From NCBI GenBank assembly GCA_000496235.1, contig KI543222.1, positions 26,942 to 90,941 of the forward strand: a stretch of 64,000 nucleotides of DNA. Reading direction: 5' to 3'. Every line of letters begins with the position of its first letter. Position 1 is the stretch's first letter. The notes under the pieces were generated by a model. The model saw only the letters and a list, made by a program, of their open reading frames with translations. It did not search any database and had not been told where the DNA came from. The translations under genes were made by a program, and so were the position numbers. This stretch comes from an uncultured archaeon A07HR60 (GTDB lineage: Archaea > Halobacteriota > Halobacteria > Halobacteriales > Haloferacaceae). This document shows positions 28,837 through 38,610 of the stretch, in pieces.

Positions 28837-30492
28837 GTGGTGACTCCGGATACGATACTTGCTCGCTCAGAGCGAGCGTTTCGACCCATGAGTTGGACAC
28901 GTGATATCGCTGATTCTGTCTCCGACGGAGAGTACCCGCTCGGATTAACCCTGATCAGCGGCGCGATCGCCGCAACACTCGTGTTCCCGCTATCTTGGCT
29001 GGTCATCGAGGCTGTCACCGTCGACAAGGGCCGAGCCTGGGAGTTACTGTTCAGCGTGCGAACCGCGGACGTATTGGCGAACAGTCTCTGGCTGATGATC
29101 GGTGTGACCGTGAGTTCAGTTCTCCTTGGGGTTCCGTTGGCGTATCTCACGGCTCGCACGGATCTGCCATTTCGCCGGTTCTGGTCGGTCGTCGCTGCAC
29201 TCCCGCTGGTCGTGCCCAGTTATGTCGGCGCGTTCGCGTTCGTGTCTGCGTTCGGTCCGCAGGGAGAGTTTCACACTCTCTTGGCTCCGCTCGGAGTCGG
29301 GCGGGTCCCGGAGATGTCCGGGCTGGCTGGCGCGGTGTTCGTTATCACACTGTACACATATCCGTACGTGTATCTGACAACGCGGGCAGCACTGTTGTCC
29401 TTCGACACGCAGCTGATCGAAGCTGCCCGGACTCTCAATCACGGACGCTGGGACGTATTCCGGCGAGTGACACTGCCACAGACGCGGCCGGCGATCGCTG
29501 CCGGGGCGCTATTGACAGCACTGTACGCCGTTTCCGACTTCGGAACACCCTCGATCATGCGGGTCCCGGTGTTCACCCGGCAGATATTTGTCGAGTACAA
29601 TGCCTTCGGGCAAGATTATGCGGCCCTCTTATCGCTCCAACTCCTGGCGGTCGTGTTGGTGGTGTTAGCGCTGGAGCGACAGATTCGGCCCGACCAGACC
29701 GTGCAGGGTGATGATGCTGACCAGGGAGCCAATCGGGTTCAGTTAGGCGGTTGGCGGTGGCCAGCCACGCTCCTGCCCGCAGCCGTGTCGGCAGTCGCAC
29801 TGGCCGTCCCGGTGTGGATCCTGTCGCTGTGGCTCCGACGAAGCACCGTCGCCCGGCGACCGTCAATGGCGTTCGAGTGGATTCAGGTCGCTAATTCCGT
29901 CTCGGTCGCGCTGGCGGCCGCCACCGTCGCGTCGGTAGTGGCGATTCCAATCGCGTATTTCGCCGCCAATCACGACTCCCGGCTGGCGGCGCTGTTCGAA
30001 CGGACGACCTACGTCGGCTTTGCCGTCCCAGGAATCGTCCTTGCGCTGGCGCTTGTCTACTTCGGCGCCGGCTATCTCCCGTGGATTTACCAGACGCTGC
30101 CTTTACTCGTGTTTGCGTACGTAGTCCGATTCGTCCCTCAGGTGGTCGGCTCGGCCCGGACATCAATCCTTCAGGTGGATCCGCAACTCGTCGAGGCAAG
30201 CCGGACGCTTGGCCAGTCATCACTGGGTGCGTTCAGACGGGTGACACTGCCACTCGTCCGGTCTGGCATCATCGCGGGCGCCGCACTCGTGTTCTTGACG
30301 ACGATGAAAGAGCTGCCAGCGACACTCGTGTTACGCCCCTCAGGGTTCGACACTATTGTCACGCAGATCTGGCGAGCCCAAGAAACGGCCCTGTATCAGT
30401 ACGCCGCCGTTCCTGCGCTCCTCTTGCTGGGCATTTCTGGAATCTCTATGGCTGTGCTCCTCGCTCAAGAAGGCGGAGAGCGGGGACTGTGA
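28837..30492 (+). CDS. ABC transporter permease, fused two-domain Fe(III)-type (FbpB-like)
   Basis: Two 6-TM halves each with an EAA-like loop (TLPQTRPAIAAGALL; TLPLVRSGIIAGAAL). Start is GTG 28837 or ATG 28888. Confidence 0.7.
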   Translation: MVTPDTILARSERAFRPMSWTRDIADSVSDGEYPLGLTLISGAIAATLVFPLSWLVIEAVTVDKGRAWELLFSVRTADVLANSLWLMIGVTVSSVLLGVPLAYLTARTDLPFRRFWSVVAALPLVVPSYVGAFAFVSAFGPQGEFHTLLAPLGVGRVPEMSGLAGAVFVITLYTYPYVYLTTRAALLSFDTQLIEAARTLNHGRWDVFRRVTLPQTRPAIAAGALLTALYAVSDFGTPSIMRVPVFTRQIFVEYNAFGQDYAALLSLQLLAVVLVVLALERQIRPDQTVQGDDADQGANRVQLGGWRWPATLLPAAVSAVALAVPVWILSLWLRRSTVARRPSMAFEWIQVANSVSVALAAATVASVVAIPIAYFAANHDSRLAALFERTTYVGFAVPGIVLALALVYFGAGYLPWIYQTLPLLVFAYVVRFVPQVVGSARTSILQVDPQLVEASRTLGQSSLGAFRRVTLPLVRSGIIAGAALVFLTTMKELPATLVLRPSGFDTIVTQIWRAQETALYQYAAVPALLLLGISGISMAVLLAQEGGERGL

Positions 30493-30662
30493 CCGCGTCC
30501 AGATCAACGAGAGGATATTCTCAGACCGGTTGGTCTTCGCTCTGAACTACTTAATTCAGTTCAAATCAGATTCAGGACAGGACACGACACGGCACGGCAC
30601 GGCACAGCAGTGCGACAGTGGTGAAAGACGCTCGAGGCGTTCAGGCTCGTCTTCGAGGGTTA

Positions 30663-30986
30663 TCAGGGATAGCGATCGATAATGACCCTGATGCTTGGTC
30701 CATACAGGACGACTACTCGGCACCCCTGGAAGTTGAACTCGACTGACGGGCGGAAGGTGCTGTCATCGTTGGCTTTGGTTTTGAATAGCCCGTCCAGTTT
30801 GTCGGCGTCGACAAATTCCCAGAGCGGTGGAGACGTCGACAGTTCAGACCACTGGTCGATTGCCTCCGTCACCGTCGACGTGACAGCGTCTGACACCTTG
30901 ACCGGACGGTCGTACCGTCTCACAAGCTCTGTTTCAGTCGTGTACCCAGGGGTTTTCTCTAGCTCGTTGTCTTGATGTTGGCTCAT
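30663..30986 (-). CDS. HalOD1 output-domain protein
   Basis: PPLWEFVDADKLDGLF ... VEFNFQGCRVVVLYGPSIRVI, typical HalOD1 pattern. Confidence 0.6.
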   Translation of the reverse strand: MSQHQDNELEKTPGYTTETELVRRYDRPVKVSDAVTSTVTEAIDQWSELSTSPPLWEFVDADKLDGLFKTKANDDSTFRPSVEFNFQGCRVVVLYGPSIRVIIDRYP

Positions 30987-31067
30987 ACAATCTATACAGA
31001 CCTAAGCGAGTTAATATCATATATTATTTTATATGTGTACACAGGAAAGGGGCCGCAGGCCAATTTT

Positions 31068-31465
31068 GACCTCCTCCCACGACTTCAGTCGTGGGATTCC
31101 CACGGCACCGCACCGCTTGGTTGGGAGTGTCAGGGTTACAGATCAGTCGATATGACCGACCTCCTGGCGGGGCCAAACCGCCGTTACTCCTCTCCCCGGC
31201 ATGGCATGGGGATTCGGAGTTCCCGTCTTGTCTGAAATCCACACCAGCGGTCCACAGGGGATTCGTTCAGACGGAGCGGGAGCCGAATCCCCGAGATTAT
31301 CCGGTTCCACTGGGCGGCTGAACCGCCTCGGTGGGTCACAAAATAAGTACGAGACAATTATAACACTCCTGTATCAAGAGGCAATACGTGGGGGGCGTCA
31401 GAAGTGTCGGCTTCATCCCACGGCTGAAGCCATGATGTGGGCTTTCGCCTCGCTACCGCTGTAAT
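31068..31465 (+). other. hairpin-bounded non-coding module E (type-A hairpin 31068-31100, degenerate type-B hairpin plus tail 31408-31465)
   Basis: GACCTCCTCCCACGACTTCAGTCGTGGGATTCC ... CGGCTTCATCCCACGGCTGAAGCC(ATGA)TGTGGGCTTTCGCCTCGCTACCGCTGTAAT. No credible ORF. Strong internal stems, e.g. GGGGATTCG/CGAATCCCC. Confidence 0.5.
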
Positions 31466-31500
31466 CTCAGCCGTGCAGCTAGCGATCATTGGGCCACTCA

Positions 31501-31572
31501 AGCCTAGGCCGGAATTTGAATCCGGGGTCTCGTCCTTACCAAGGACGCGCTTTACCACTAAGCTACCCAGGC
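31501..31572 (-). tRNA. tRNA-Thr (anticodon GGU)
   Basis: Hand-folded cloverleaf: acceptor GCCTGGG/CCTAGGC, anticodon arm CGTCC-TTGGTAA-GGACG, T arm CCGGA-TTCAAAT-TCCGG. Confidence 0.85.
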
Positions 31573-31737
31573 ACGTATGAATAATCAGTTCGGATTCGTC
31601 TATATGGGTTACGATTCAGCGACTCCTCCCGGACAGCACTCGTAACTCGTTGCTTGCTGGACATTCACAGCCAGCACCCCCGACTCTCGATCGAACTCGA
31701 CAAGATCAAGCGCCACGACGAGATTGCGGGTCGCTAG

Positions 31738-32394
31738 TCACGGGTCAGTGGCCGACACCCGGTCTTTCGACAGTGAGACGATCCGAGTGGTGGCCGCCTC
31801 TGAGAGTGTCTGACCGGACGGGGGCAGTTGTCCGTCATGGTCGGCTGCCAGTTGTCGTGCATACGACAGCAGTGCTGTCGGTGGGTCGGTTCCGGCGATA
31901 GCGGTGCCAACGACGACCGCCAACTCGAAAACAGTCTTCTCGAGATGGCAATCGAGCGCTTCAGTGTCGGTGTCATCGCGGCCACGAAGGGTCTGATCCC
32001 GCCCAAACGTCCGGACCACCTCGACGGCCGCAGACGCGGCGTCAGTGTCGGCTAACACGGTAAATCCGCGGGCGACGAGCACATCTGCCGCCAGCACGCT
32101 CAGGTCGGCATCTTCGAACGTCGCCGAGCTGGCAGTGTCTGCCCACGGCTCATCGGCGGCCAGTGACCGGGTGAGACGGAGCCCCTCGTAGATGAGCTGC
32201 ACACCGGCTGCCTGTTTGGCGGTCGCGTTGGTATCGATATCGGCGTCGATCCCCCGGGCAGTCAACAACGCGAGAACTGCAGGGGTCATCGACGCCGCTG
32301 CGAGGCGATCCTCGATAGACGTACGGAGTTCCGGAGGCTCGATATCCGCGATGGCCTCCTGTGCCGCCTCCCGTGCCCGGACGGCGTCGTCCAT
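31738..32394 (-). CDS. conserved hypothetical protein (219 aa)
   Basis: Acidic coding-like region from MDDAVRAREAAQEA. The 133-codon upstream extension in the ORF track is TnpB-remnant read-through. Confidence 0.45.
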   Translation of the reverse strand: MDDAVRAREAAQEAIADIEPPELRTSIEDRLAAASMTPAVLALLTARGIDADIDTNATAKQAAGVQLIYEGLRLTRSLAADEPWADTASSATFEDADLSVLAADVLVARGFTVLADTDAASAAVEVVRTFGRDQTLRGRDDTDTEALDCHLEKTVFELAVVVGTAIAGTDPPTALLSYARQLAADHDGQLPPSGQTLSEAATTRIVSLSKDRVSATDP

Positions 32395-32454
32395 TGAAGA
32401 GAGGTATCGCGGGCAGGGGCAAAGACCTTTTGACAGTGAGTCGACCGCGGGCAA

Positions 32455-32700
32455 TCCGACTGTTCGCGTCTCGAATCGCACCCACACTGGTCTGTGAACT
32501 ACCCCACCCGACTCGCTCACGGCTCGCGCCGGTCGCTCGGTGAGAGTGGGGCTTCCTGCTTCTCTGACAGCAGTTGGAGAGACAGACGCTGTTTGCCTGG
32601 CTCCACAGCGGTGCCAGTCTCCACGGGCGTGAATGCGGAGTGTCCCACTCCTCCTCGAGAGTGACACACCGAAGATGAGGCGTGACCGCCTTTCTTGTCG
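32455..32700 (-). mobile_element. degenerate remnant of a TnpB 3' end (omega-RNA-overlapping region)
   Basis: The DNA aligns by eye with 10760-10890 (e.g. ggcttcctg, cagtctccac, cggagtgtcccactcct). Frames read GVGHSAFTPVETGTAV and AVREAGSPTLTERPARAVSE. Confidence 0.6.
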
Positions 32701-32823
32701 GGCTCGAAGCCACGCGCACGAACAGTCCGTGTCACCATAGGAAATATTGGCTTGGTTACTCACAAACTGGTCGGGAAGTGTCGGGCGATTCATCCCCTCC
32801 CTGCTCGCTCGGCCGTCGGCCTC

Positions 32824-32846
32824 GCTCCCTGAGGAAGGGGGATTCT
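32824..32846 (+). repeat. hairpin module, degenerate type A
   Basis: GCTCCCTGAGGAAGGGGGATTC. Confidence 0.3.
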
Positions 32847-32959
32847 CTTTCGGCCTGCTAAATGTGACCAGCGAGGAGACGGCTCAGCTCTGGTCTCGCG
32901 AAGCCGCTGGAAAGTCCAACCACACGATATTTCCCATCGGTGTGTGCATAACCGTTCAT

Positions 32960-33760
32960 ATGGATCAACCGGTCCTGCTCACGGGTGCAGGGGGACGGGT
33001 CGGGCGCGCCATCCTCGAGGGATTGGGTGACGCGTACGACTGGCGGCTGTTTGATCGTGAGCCGTTGCTTCCCGAGCGCATCCCCGAGAGCGTCGACGAG
33101 GCCGACATCTATGTCGCCGACATCACCGACGGAGACGCAATCCGGACGGCGATGGATGAGGTGGGGGCAGTGATCCACTTGGCTGGTGACCCACGGAAGA
33201 CGGCGCCCTGGGAGAGTGTGCTCCAGAACAATATCGACGGGGCACGGGCCGTCTTCCAGGCTGCCGTCGACAAAGATGTCACCAAGGTTGCGTTCGCGTC
33301 ATCAAACCACGTCGTCAGCGCGTACGAGACTGACGACCGGACGCCAGAGATGTATCGCAAGGGTGGCGACTCCCTCCAGTTGGACGGCTCCGAATCCTCG
33401 CGGCCGGGCAACCTCTATGGCGTCTCGAAGGCGACGGGTGAACTTTTGGGCCGATATTATCACGACACGGCCGAACTATCGGTTGTCTGTGTCCGAATCG
33501 GCAATCTCACTCGGGACCATCCACCCCACGATTACGAACGGGGCCACGCGATGTGGCTGTCCTGGCGGGACTGTGCTCACCTGTTCGAGCGGTGTCTCCG
33601 CGCCGACTACGGGTTCGAAGTTGTCTACGGGATCTCTGACAACGACCGCAGATACTATTCAATCCAGGGAGCCCGGGAGACACTGGGGTACGAGCCTCGA
33701 GACAACTCCGCAGAGTTCAGTCTCGACGGCAGCTCTCGACAGCCGACAGCTGAAGAGTGA
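32960..33760 (+). CDS. NAD(P)-dependent epimerase/dehydratase family oxidoreductase
   Basis: VLLTGAGGRVGRAI Rossmann motif and YGVSKATGE catalytic YxxxK. Start moved to MDQPVLL. Confidence 0.75.
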   Translation: MDQPVLLTGAGGRVGRAILEGLGDAYDWRLFDREPLLPERIPESVDEADIYVADITDGDAIRTAMDEVGAVIHLAGDPRKTAPWESVLQNNIDGARAVFQAAVDKDVTKVAFASSNHVVSAYETDDRTPEMYRKGGDSLQLDGSESSRPGNLYGVSKATGELLGRYYHDTAELSVVCVRIGNLTRDHPPHDYERGHAMWLSWRDCAHLFERCLRADYGFEVVYGISDNDRRYYSIQGARETLGYEPRDNSAEFSLDGSSRQPTAEE

Positions 33761-34093
33761 TCTCAAGAGGCTAGCCGATTCGCTGGTCGGGTGCCGGCCT
33801 TTCTCGTCGCAACCGGTGAACTACCGCGGGGGCCAGGCCCCGAGGCACTCGCCTCGTGTCGCCTGTAGAAATCCTCGAGTATGTGTCAGAGCGGTCTCTT
33901 CTGCCCTCTCTTGTTGTGTTGTCCGAGTCGTGGCTGTCGCGGCGTGGTTGTTTCGCCCGTCTGAACGGGGATTGATCGCTGGTTCGGTCTTTCTAGCCGT
34001 CTCACGCGGGAATGTCTCAACAACGGGAACTGAGTGTGATGGTATGTATCGCCGGAATCCGGGAGAAGACCGTCCAGCTGGACTGTGTCAGCG

Positions 34094-34750
34094 TCACTCG
34101 AATAATCCCTCAACATCGTCGTCTTCCCGCCGCCGGAGGTCGACCTGCCCGACGAGGCGCTGGTGAATCAGATCACGGTCAGCCGCGTTGCTGACGAAGT
34201 CATCAAGAAGCGAGAGAAACGTGGTCCGACCTGTCCCGCGCTGCTCGCCAGCATACCGGATGGCGTCCGCGACTGCATCGGCGTCGTATCGCGGATACTC
34301 TTCAGCGAGGGCTTCCGCAGCCGGTCCCACGGCACCAGGGCTCAAACTCTTAGCTGCTGGCAGCGTTCCGCGGTACGAGAGCCGCGGTGGGGAGGCGCGC
34401 TCGATAACTTCGGGATCGACACGAACTGTGTCGAGATATCGCCGAGCAGTCGCGACATCTACCCCGCGGTCTTCGAGAGGGTGCTCGAGGTACTCCCGCC
34501 CAGACGAGGCGAGCCCTGTAGCACCCGACCAGTTCCGTGACTGTGCGTGAAAGACGGCAGCCGTCAGTTGGATCATCCCCTGGAGGAGTCGGGCAGTATC
34601 GCTGTCGCGGTCGAGACCCAGCCACACAGACTCTAACGGAGCATGCGCAGCGTGGTACTCACCCTCATTGTAAAGCGCCAGCCCAGCCTCGAGCGCGATA
34701 CTCACCGAATCACGACCGTCGCGCCCCGGATCGTCGTCGCGGTCGGTCAT
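34094..34750 (-). CDS. DUF309 domain protein
   Basis: GLALYNEGEYHAAHAPLESVWL ... LQGMIQLTAAVFH. Confidence 0.55.
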   Translation of the reverse strand: MTDRDDDPGRDGRDSVSIALEAGLALYNEGEYHAAHAPLESVWLGLDRDSDTARLLQGMIQLTAAVFHAQSRNWSGATGLASSGREYLEHPLEDRGVDVATARRYLDTVRVDPEVIERASPPRLSYRGTLPAAKSLSPGAVGPAAEALAEEYPRYDADAVADAIRYAGEQRGTGRTTFLSLLDDFVSNAADRDLIHQRLVGQVDLRRREDDDVEGLFE

Positions 34751-34900
34751 ACACTCTTCACGTGTGTCACAGACGAATTTCTTCTGGTCGAGACAATACC
34801 GAATTGAGCGGGTTTCTCCGGATAGCAATTCACGCGCGATTGACATGGACTGCCGGTGAGAACGCACTGAGTAGCGGGGAGTGCCGTGAGGAAAATTGTA

Positions 34901-34973
34901 CGTCCTGACGGAGATTTGAACTCCGGTCCCTGGCTCCGCAAGCCAAGAGGATAGTCCACTACCCTACCAGGAC
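34901..34973 (-). tRNA. tRNA-Arg (anticodon GCG)
   Basis: Hand-folded: acceptor GTCCTGG/TCAGGAC, anticodon arm TTGGC-TTGCGGA-GCCAG, T arm CGGAG-TTCAAAT-CTCCG. Confidence 0.8.
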
Positions 34974-35196
34974 ACAATATCACCTATCTTGGAGCGACGT
35001 AAGACCGTTACGGTATGACCGATGGGGAACGGAGACGACTGCATCGTCGGAGAGACCGTCGCGTCTCTCAGCCGGACCGGTGGGGCAGACGCCGACGCCA
35101 GCGCCGGTCGTAATGTGTCAAAAACCACGGGACAAAGCGACGGGAGTTAACCAAGGACAACGCTTATGCGCTGCGTAATCTTGTGTTCGTCCTAGC

Positions 35197-36805
35197 ATGG
35201 GAGTGATCGAAGACGTCTACGAAGATATCGAGACGGACGTCTCGTTCGAGCGGTTCGAGGAGGCAGTCACGGACAAAGTCGAGAAGATGGGAGGGCTGAC
35301 CGACGAAGAGACGGCAGCGGAGTTGATCAAACACGAGCTCAAAGATCAGGAAGTCGGGTCTATCGCCGACATTGAGCCCGGGATGGACGAGGTGAAGTTT
35401 CTTGGAAAGATTCTCTCTATTGGCGAAACGCGAACATTCGAGCGCGATGATGACGAAGACGCAGACGGAAAGGTCTGCAACGTCGAACTCGCGGACGCGT
35501 CGGGCAACGTGCGGGCCGCCCTCTGGGACAAGATGGCGGATTCGGCGACCGAACAGCTCGACGTGGGTGACGTGCTCCGGGTGAAGGGACGCCCTAAAGA
35601 GGGGTTCAACGGACTCGAAGTCAGTGTCGACCAGGCAGAGCCAGAGTTAGACGCAGATGTCGACGTCAAGATTCAAGACACCTACACGGTCGAAGAGCTG
35701 TCACTTGGGCTGTCAGATGTTAACCTGATGGCGACGGTGCTGGAAACCGAACAGGTCCGGACGTTCGACCGGGATGACGGCAGCGAGGGCCGGGTGTCGA
35801 ATCTCGTGGTGGGTGACGAGACCGACCGTGTCCGCGTGACCCTCTGGGATGGAATGGCCGACCGCGCGACGGAACTCGACACTGGCACCTCGATTGAAGT
35901 GGTCGACGGCTACGTCCGCGAGCGGGACGGCGGTCTAGAACTGCACGTGGGCGAGCGGGGCGCCATAGAGGAGATTGACGATGATATCGAGTACGTCCCC
36001 GACACGACGACAATCGCGGACGTCGAGATCGACGATATCGCAGACATCGGCGGAGGCGTGATCGAGACTGACTCGAAGAACACCTTCGATCGAGACGATG
36101 GCTCGACCGGTCAGGTGCGGAACGTGCGACTCAAAGACGACACCGGCGAGATTCGCGTTGCACTGTGGGGTGACAAAGCTGACCAGAATATCGAGTTGGC
36201 CGACGAAGTCGTCGTGACGGACGCCGAAATTCAGGAGGGCTTTCGAGACGATATCGAAGCATCAGCAGGGTGGCGCTCGACAGTAAGCGTGGTTGGCGAC
36301 AGCGCCGCCACTGACCGGTCGAGTTCGAACGCTTCGCAGGACTCGAGTACGGACGCTAATACGGGCCTGGGAGCATTCAGTGGTGCCGACACCGACGCGA
36401 ATCCAGGAGGCGAACCCACCGACGACACTACCTCGGGAGCGGGAACACAGGAGGCGGCAGCAGGCGGGACAGCCTCTCGGTCTGGAGACACCGAGATGTC
36501 CGGATCTGTCAGGCTCAGGCTCAAGCTCAAGCCCAAGCTCGGGTTCCACGGCCGGGGCGGAAGCGGGACACGGAGCTAGCTCAAGCGCAGACCAGGATGA
36601 TGGACGGGGCGAGCCAACGGCTGATGAGGCGAGCGGAGACGTCGAGTTCACCGGGACGGTCGTCCAAGCGGGTAATCCGGTGGTGCTGGACGATGGGAAA
36701 CAGACGAAAAGCGTCGAAACGGACGCGGAGCTCCGGCTGGGTGAAACAGTGACGGTCCGCGGGAGCGAGCGGGACGGCCGGATCGACGCTGACGACGTGT
36801 TCTGA
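35197..36805 (+). pseudogene. rpa2: replication protein A (three-OB-fold RPA, Rpa2-type), frame broken near 36505-36510
   Basis: Three OB repeats (TFERDDDEDADGKVCNVELADASGNVRAALW; TFDRDDGSEGRVSNLVVGDETDRVRVTLW; TFDRDDGSTGQVRNVRLKDDTGEIRVALW). The conserved C-terminal DVEFTGTVVQAGNPVVLDDGKQTKSVE... lies in the next frame (ORF 36293-36805). Confidence 0.75.
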
Positions 36806-36902
36806 TTAGCCGTCGCCGATTGTTCTCGCGGCATGATATCGGCCGAACGGCCGAATCCACCCGATAAAAAAGGTTATACGACGCACGGACGCCAAAGTGT
36901 GT

Positions 36903-37334
36903 ATGAGTGTCGAGCTGCCGTTCGCCCCCGTCGATCAGGTCATCCGGCGGAATGCGGGGAATCTCCGGGTAAGTGCTGACGCTGCAGAGGAGCTGGCGCG
37001 ACGGATCCAAGCTCACGGCGCGGAGTTGACGAAAGAAGCCGCCGAGCAAGCGACAGGAAATGGCCGCAAAACACTGATGGCGGCCGACTTCGGAGTGGAA
37101 CAGGTGATTGACCGTGAGGAACTGACACTCCCAATCGCACCAGTGGACCGGATAGCCAGACTACGTATCGGTGACCAGTATCGTGTGGGCATGAGTGCCC
37201 GGATCGCGCTGGCTGATATCCTCGAAGACTATGCCGACAGTGTGGCAGCCGCAGCCGCGCGGCTGGCGAGACATGCCGACCGGCGAACGGTCCAGGCGGA
37301 AGACATCGAGACCTACTTTGATCTGTTCCAGTAA
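36903..37334 (+). CDS. hpyA: archaeal histone, fused doublet (two histone folds)
   Basis: ELPFAPVDQVIRR... and LPIAPVDRIARLR... duplicated histone-fold starts. Confidence 0.8.
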   Translation: MSVELPFAPVDQVIRRNAGNLRVSADAAEELARRIQAHGAELTKEAAEQATGNGRKTLMAADFGVEQVIDREELTLPIAPVDRIARLRIGDQYRVGMSARIALADILEDYADSVAAAAARLARHADRRTVQAEDIETYFDLFQ

Positions 37335-38326
37335 TGCAGTTTGGCTACACTGAGCACTGTCTCGAACACGACACCGGTCCCCGGCACCCGGAGACGGCCG
37401 ACCGATTGCAGGCGATTCGTGAAGGGCTTAAGCAACGGTATGAGGTGGTGTATCGCGAGCCAGAGTTATCTTCACGTGAGGCCATCAGACAGGTCCACGA
37501 CCCAAGCTACGTCCAAGATGTAGAATCGTTTTGTCGGGACGGGGGTGGCAAGTGGGACGCTGATACCATCGCCAGCGAGGCGACCTGGGAGGCAGCACTT
37601 GCTGCCGCCGGATTGGCCGAGTGGGCCGCCAAGACCGCCCTTGAGGGGGCAAGCGGCCGGAAAACCCCATTCGCGCTTGGGCGACCACCGGGTCATCACG
37701 CCGTCTTCGACGACGCGATGGGATTTTGCTTTTTCAATAATACTGCTGTCGCCGCAGAATCAGCACTCGAAAGTAGCGCCGACAGTGTGGCAATCATCGA
37801 CTGGGATGTCCACCACGGAAACGGGACTCAGGACCTGTTTTATGACCGGAACGACGTGTTTTACGCCTCGATTCACGAAGAAGGGTTATATCCCGGAACT
37901 GGTGAGGCGAACGAGACAGGCACTGGCGTTGGCGAGGGGGCGAACCTGAACGTTCCTCTCCCATCGGGCGTCCCTGACTCCGGGTACCTGCACGTTATCG
38001 AGGAAGTGATTGTCCCTGCGTTCGACCGATTTGACCCCGACCTACTACTGGTGTCTGCTGGCTTCGACGCCCACCAGCAAGACCCGATCTCTCGGATGCA
38101 TCTGTCGACAGAAGGATACGCACTTCTGACAGACCGGCTTCGACGACTGGGAGTCCCGACGGGCTATGTGCTGGAAGGCGGATATGGCCTGGAAACGCTG
38201 GCGGACGGCGTCGCGATGGTACACGAAACCTTCGACGGTCGTGACCCAATCGTCCCGGACGGTGACCCGAACCGTGACATCGTGGATCTCACCGCAACCC
38301 TCCGTGAGGAGTTTGGGCTCGACTGA
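37334..38326 (+). CDS. hdaI: histone deacetylase family (class II HDAC/acetoin-utilisation type)
   Basis: GRPPGHHA, DWDVHHGNGTQ, GFDAH, EGGY. Start overlaps the histone stop by 1 nt. Confidence 0.85.
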   Translation: MQFGYTEHCLEHDTGPRHPETADRLQAIREGLKQRYEVVYREPELSSREAIRQVHDPSYVQDVESFCRDGGGKWDADTIASEATWEAALAAAGLAEWAAKTALEGASGRKTPFALGRPPGHHAVFDDAMGFCFFNNTAVAAESALESSADSVAIIDWDVHHGNGTQDLFYDRNDVFYASIHEEGLYPGTGEANETGTGVGEGANLNVPLPSGVPDSGYLHVIEEVIVPAFDRFDPDLLLVSAGFDAHQQDPISRMHLSTEGYALLTDRLRRLGVPTGYVLEGGYGLETLADGVAMVHETFDGRDPIVPDGDPNRDIVDLTATLREEFGLD

Positions 38327-38610
38327 GAGTCTCCTGGAGTCGGATGTCGGATCGGACACGGGCTGTTGGCAGATCTGCCCGCCAGTATCTGGACTGGGCT
38401 TCGGCTGGTCGCGCACGTACAGACGACAACACACGAGTGACTGCCGGGGTCGATCAGACTATTATCCGCAAACAGCGCGGATGAATTGACCTCCGCGTCC
38501 GGTTCGTGAGGCTTCTGGAGTGGCACACCAGGCGCGGTCACAAATCGCTCGGGTGAGAAGACGAGATGAGACGAGACGACGACTCAAACTGCGATGTCCC
38601 GGTAGCTGAC

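Noticed and set aside
31738-32793. The 351-aa version of the ORF, with its N-terminal 133 codons.
   Set aside because: The extension is basic and is homologous at DNA level to the TnpB 3' remnant read in shifted frames. The acidic coding region begins at the methionine at 32394.
33186-34166. 326-aa plus-strand ORF overlapping the epimerase gene and its downstream region.
   Set aside because: It is strongly basic and Arg/Ser/Thr-rich, which is atypical for a haloarchaeal proteome. It is an alternative frame of a well-supported gene, the usual high-GC artefact. The same reasoning applies to 45622-46398, 28995-29711, 27133-27534 and similar ORFs.
16396-36510. Programmed ribosomal frameshifting as an explanation for the split repeat protein and rpa2.
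   Set aside because: I saw no slippery heptamer plus downstream structure. Similar breaks occur in four other unrelated genes, which favours indel errors.
38487-38515. GACCTCCGCGTCCGGTTCGTGAGGCTTC and a few similar stretches (44480-44510, 52400-52430) as further hairpin-family copies.
   Set aside because: Only the 5' flank matches and no convincing stem can be drawn. They need a statistical model before being counted.
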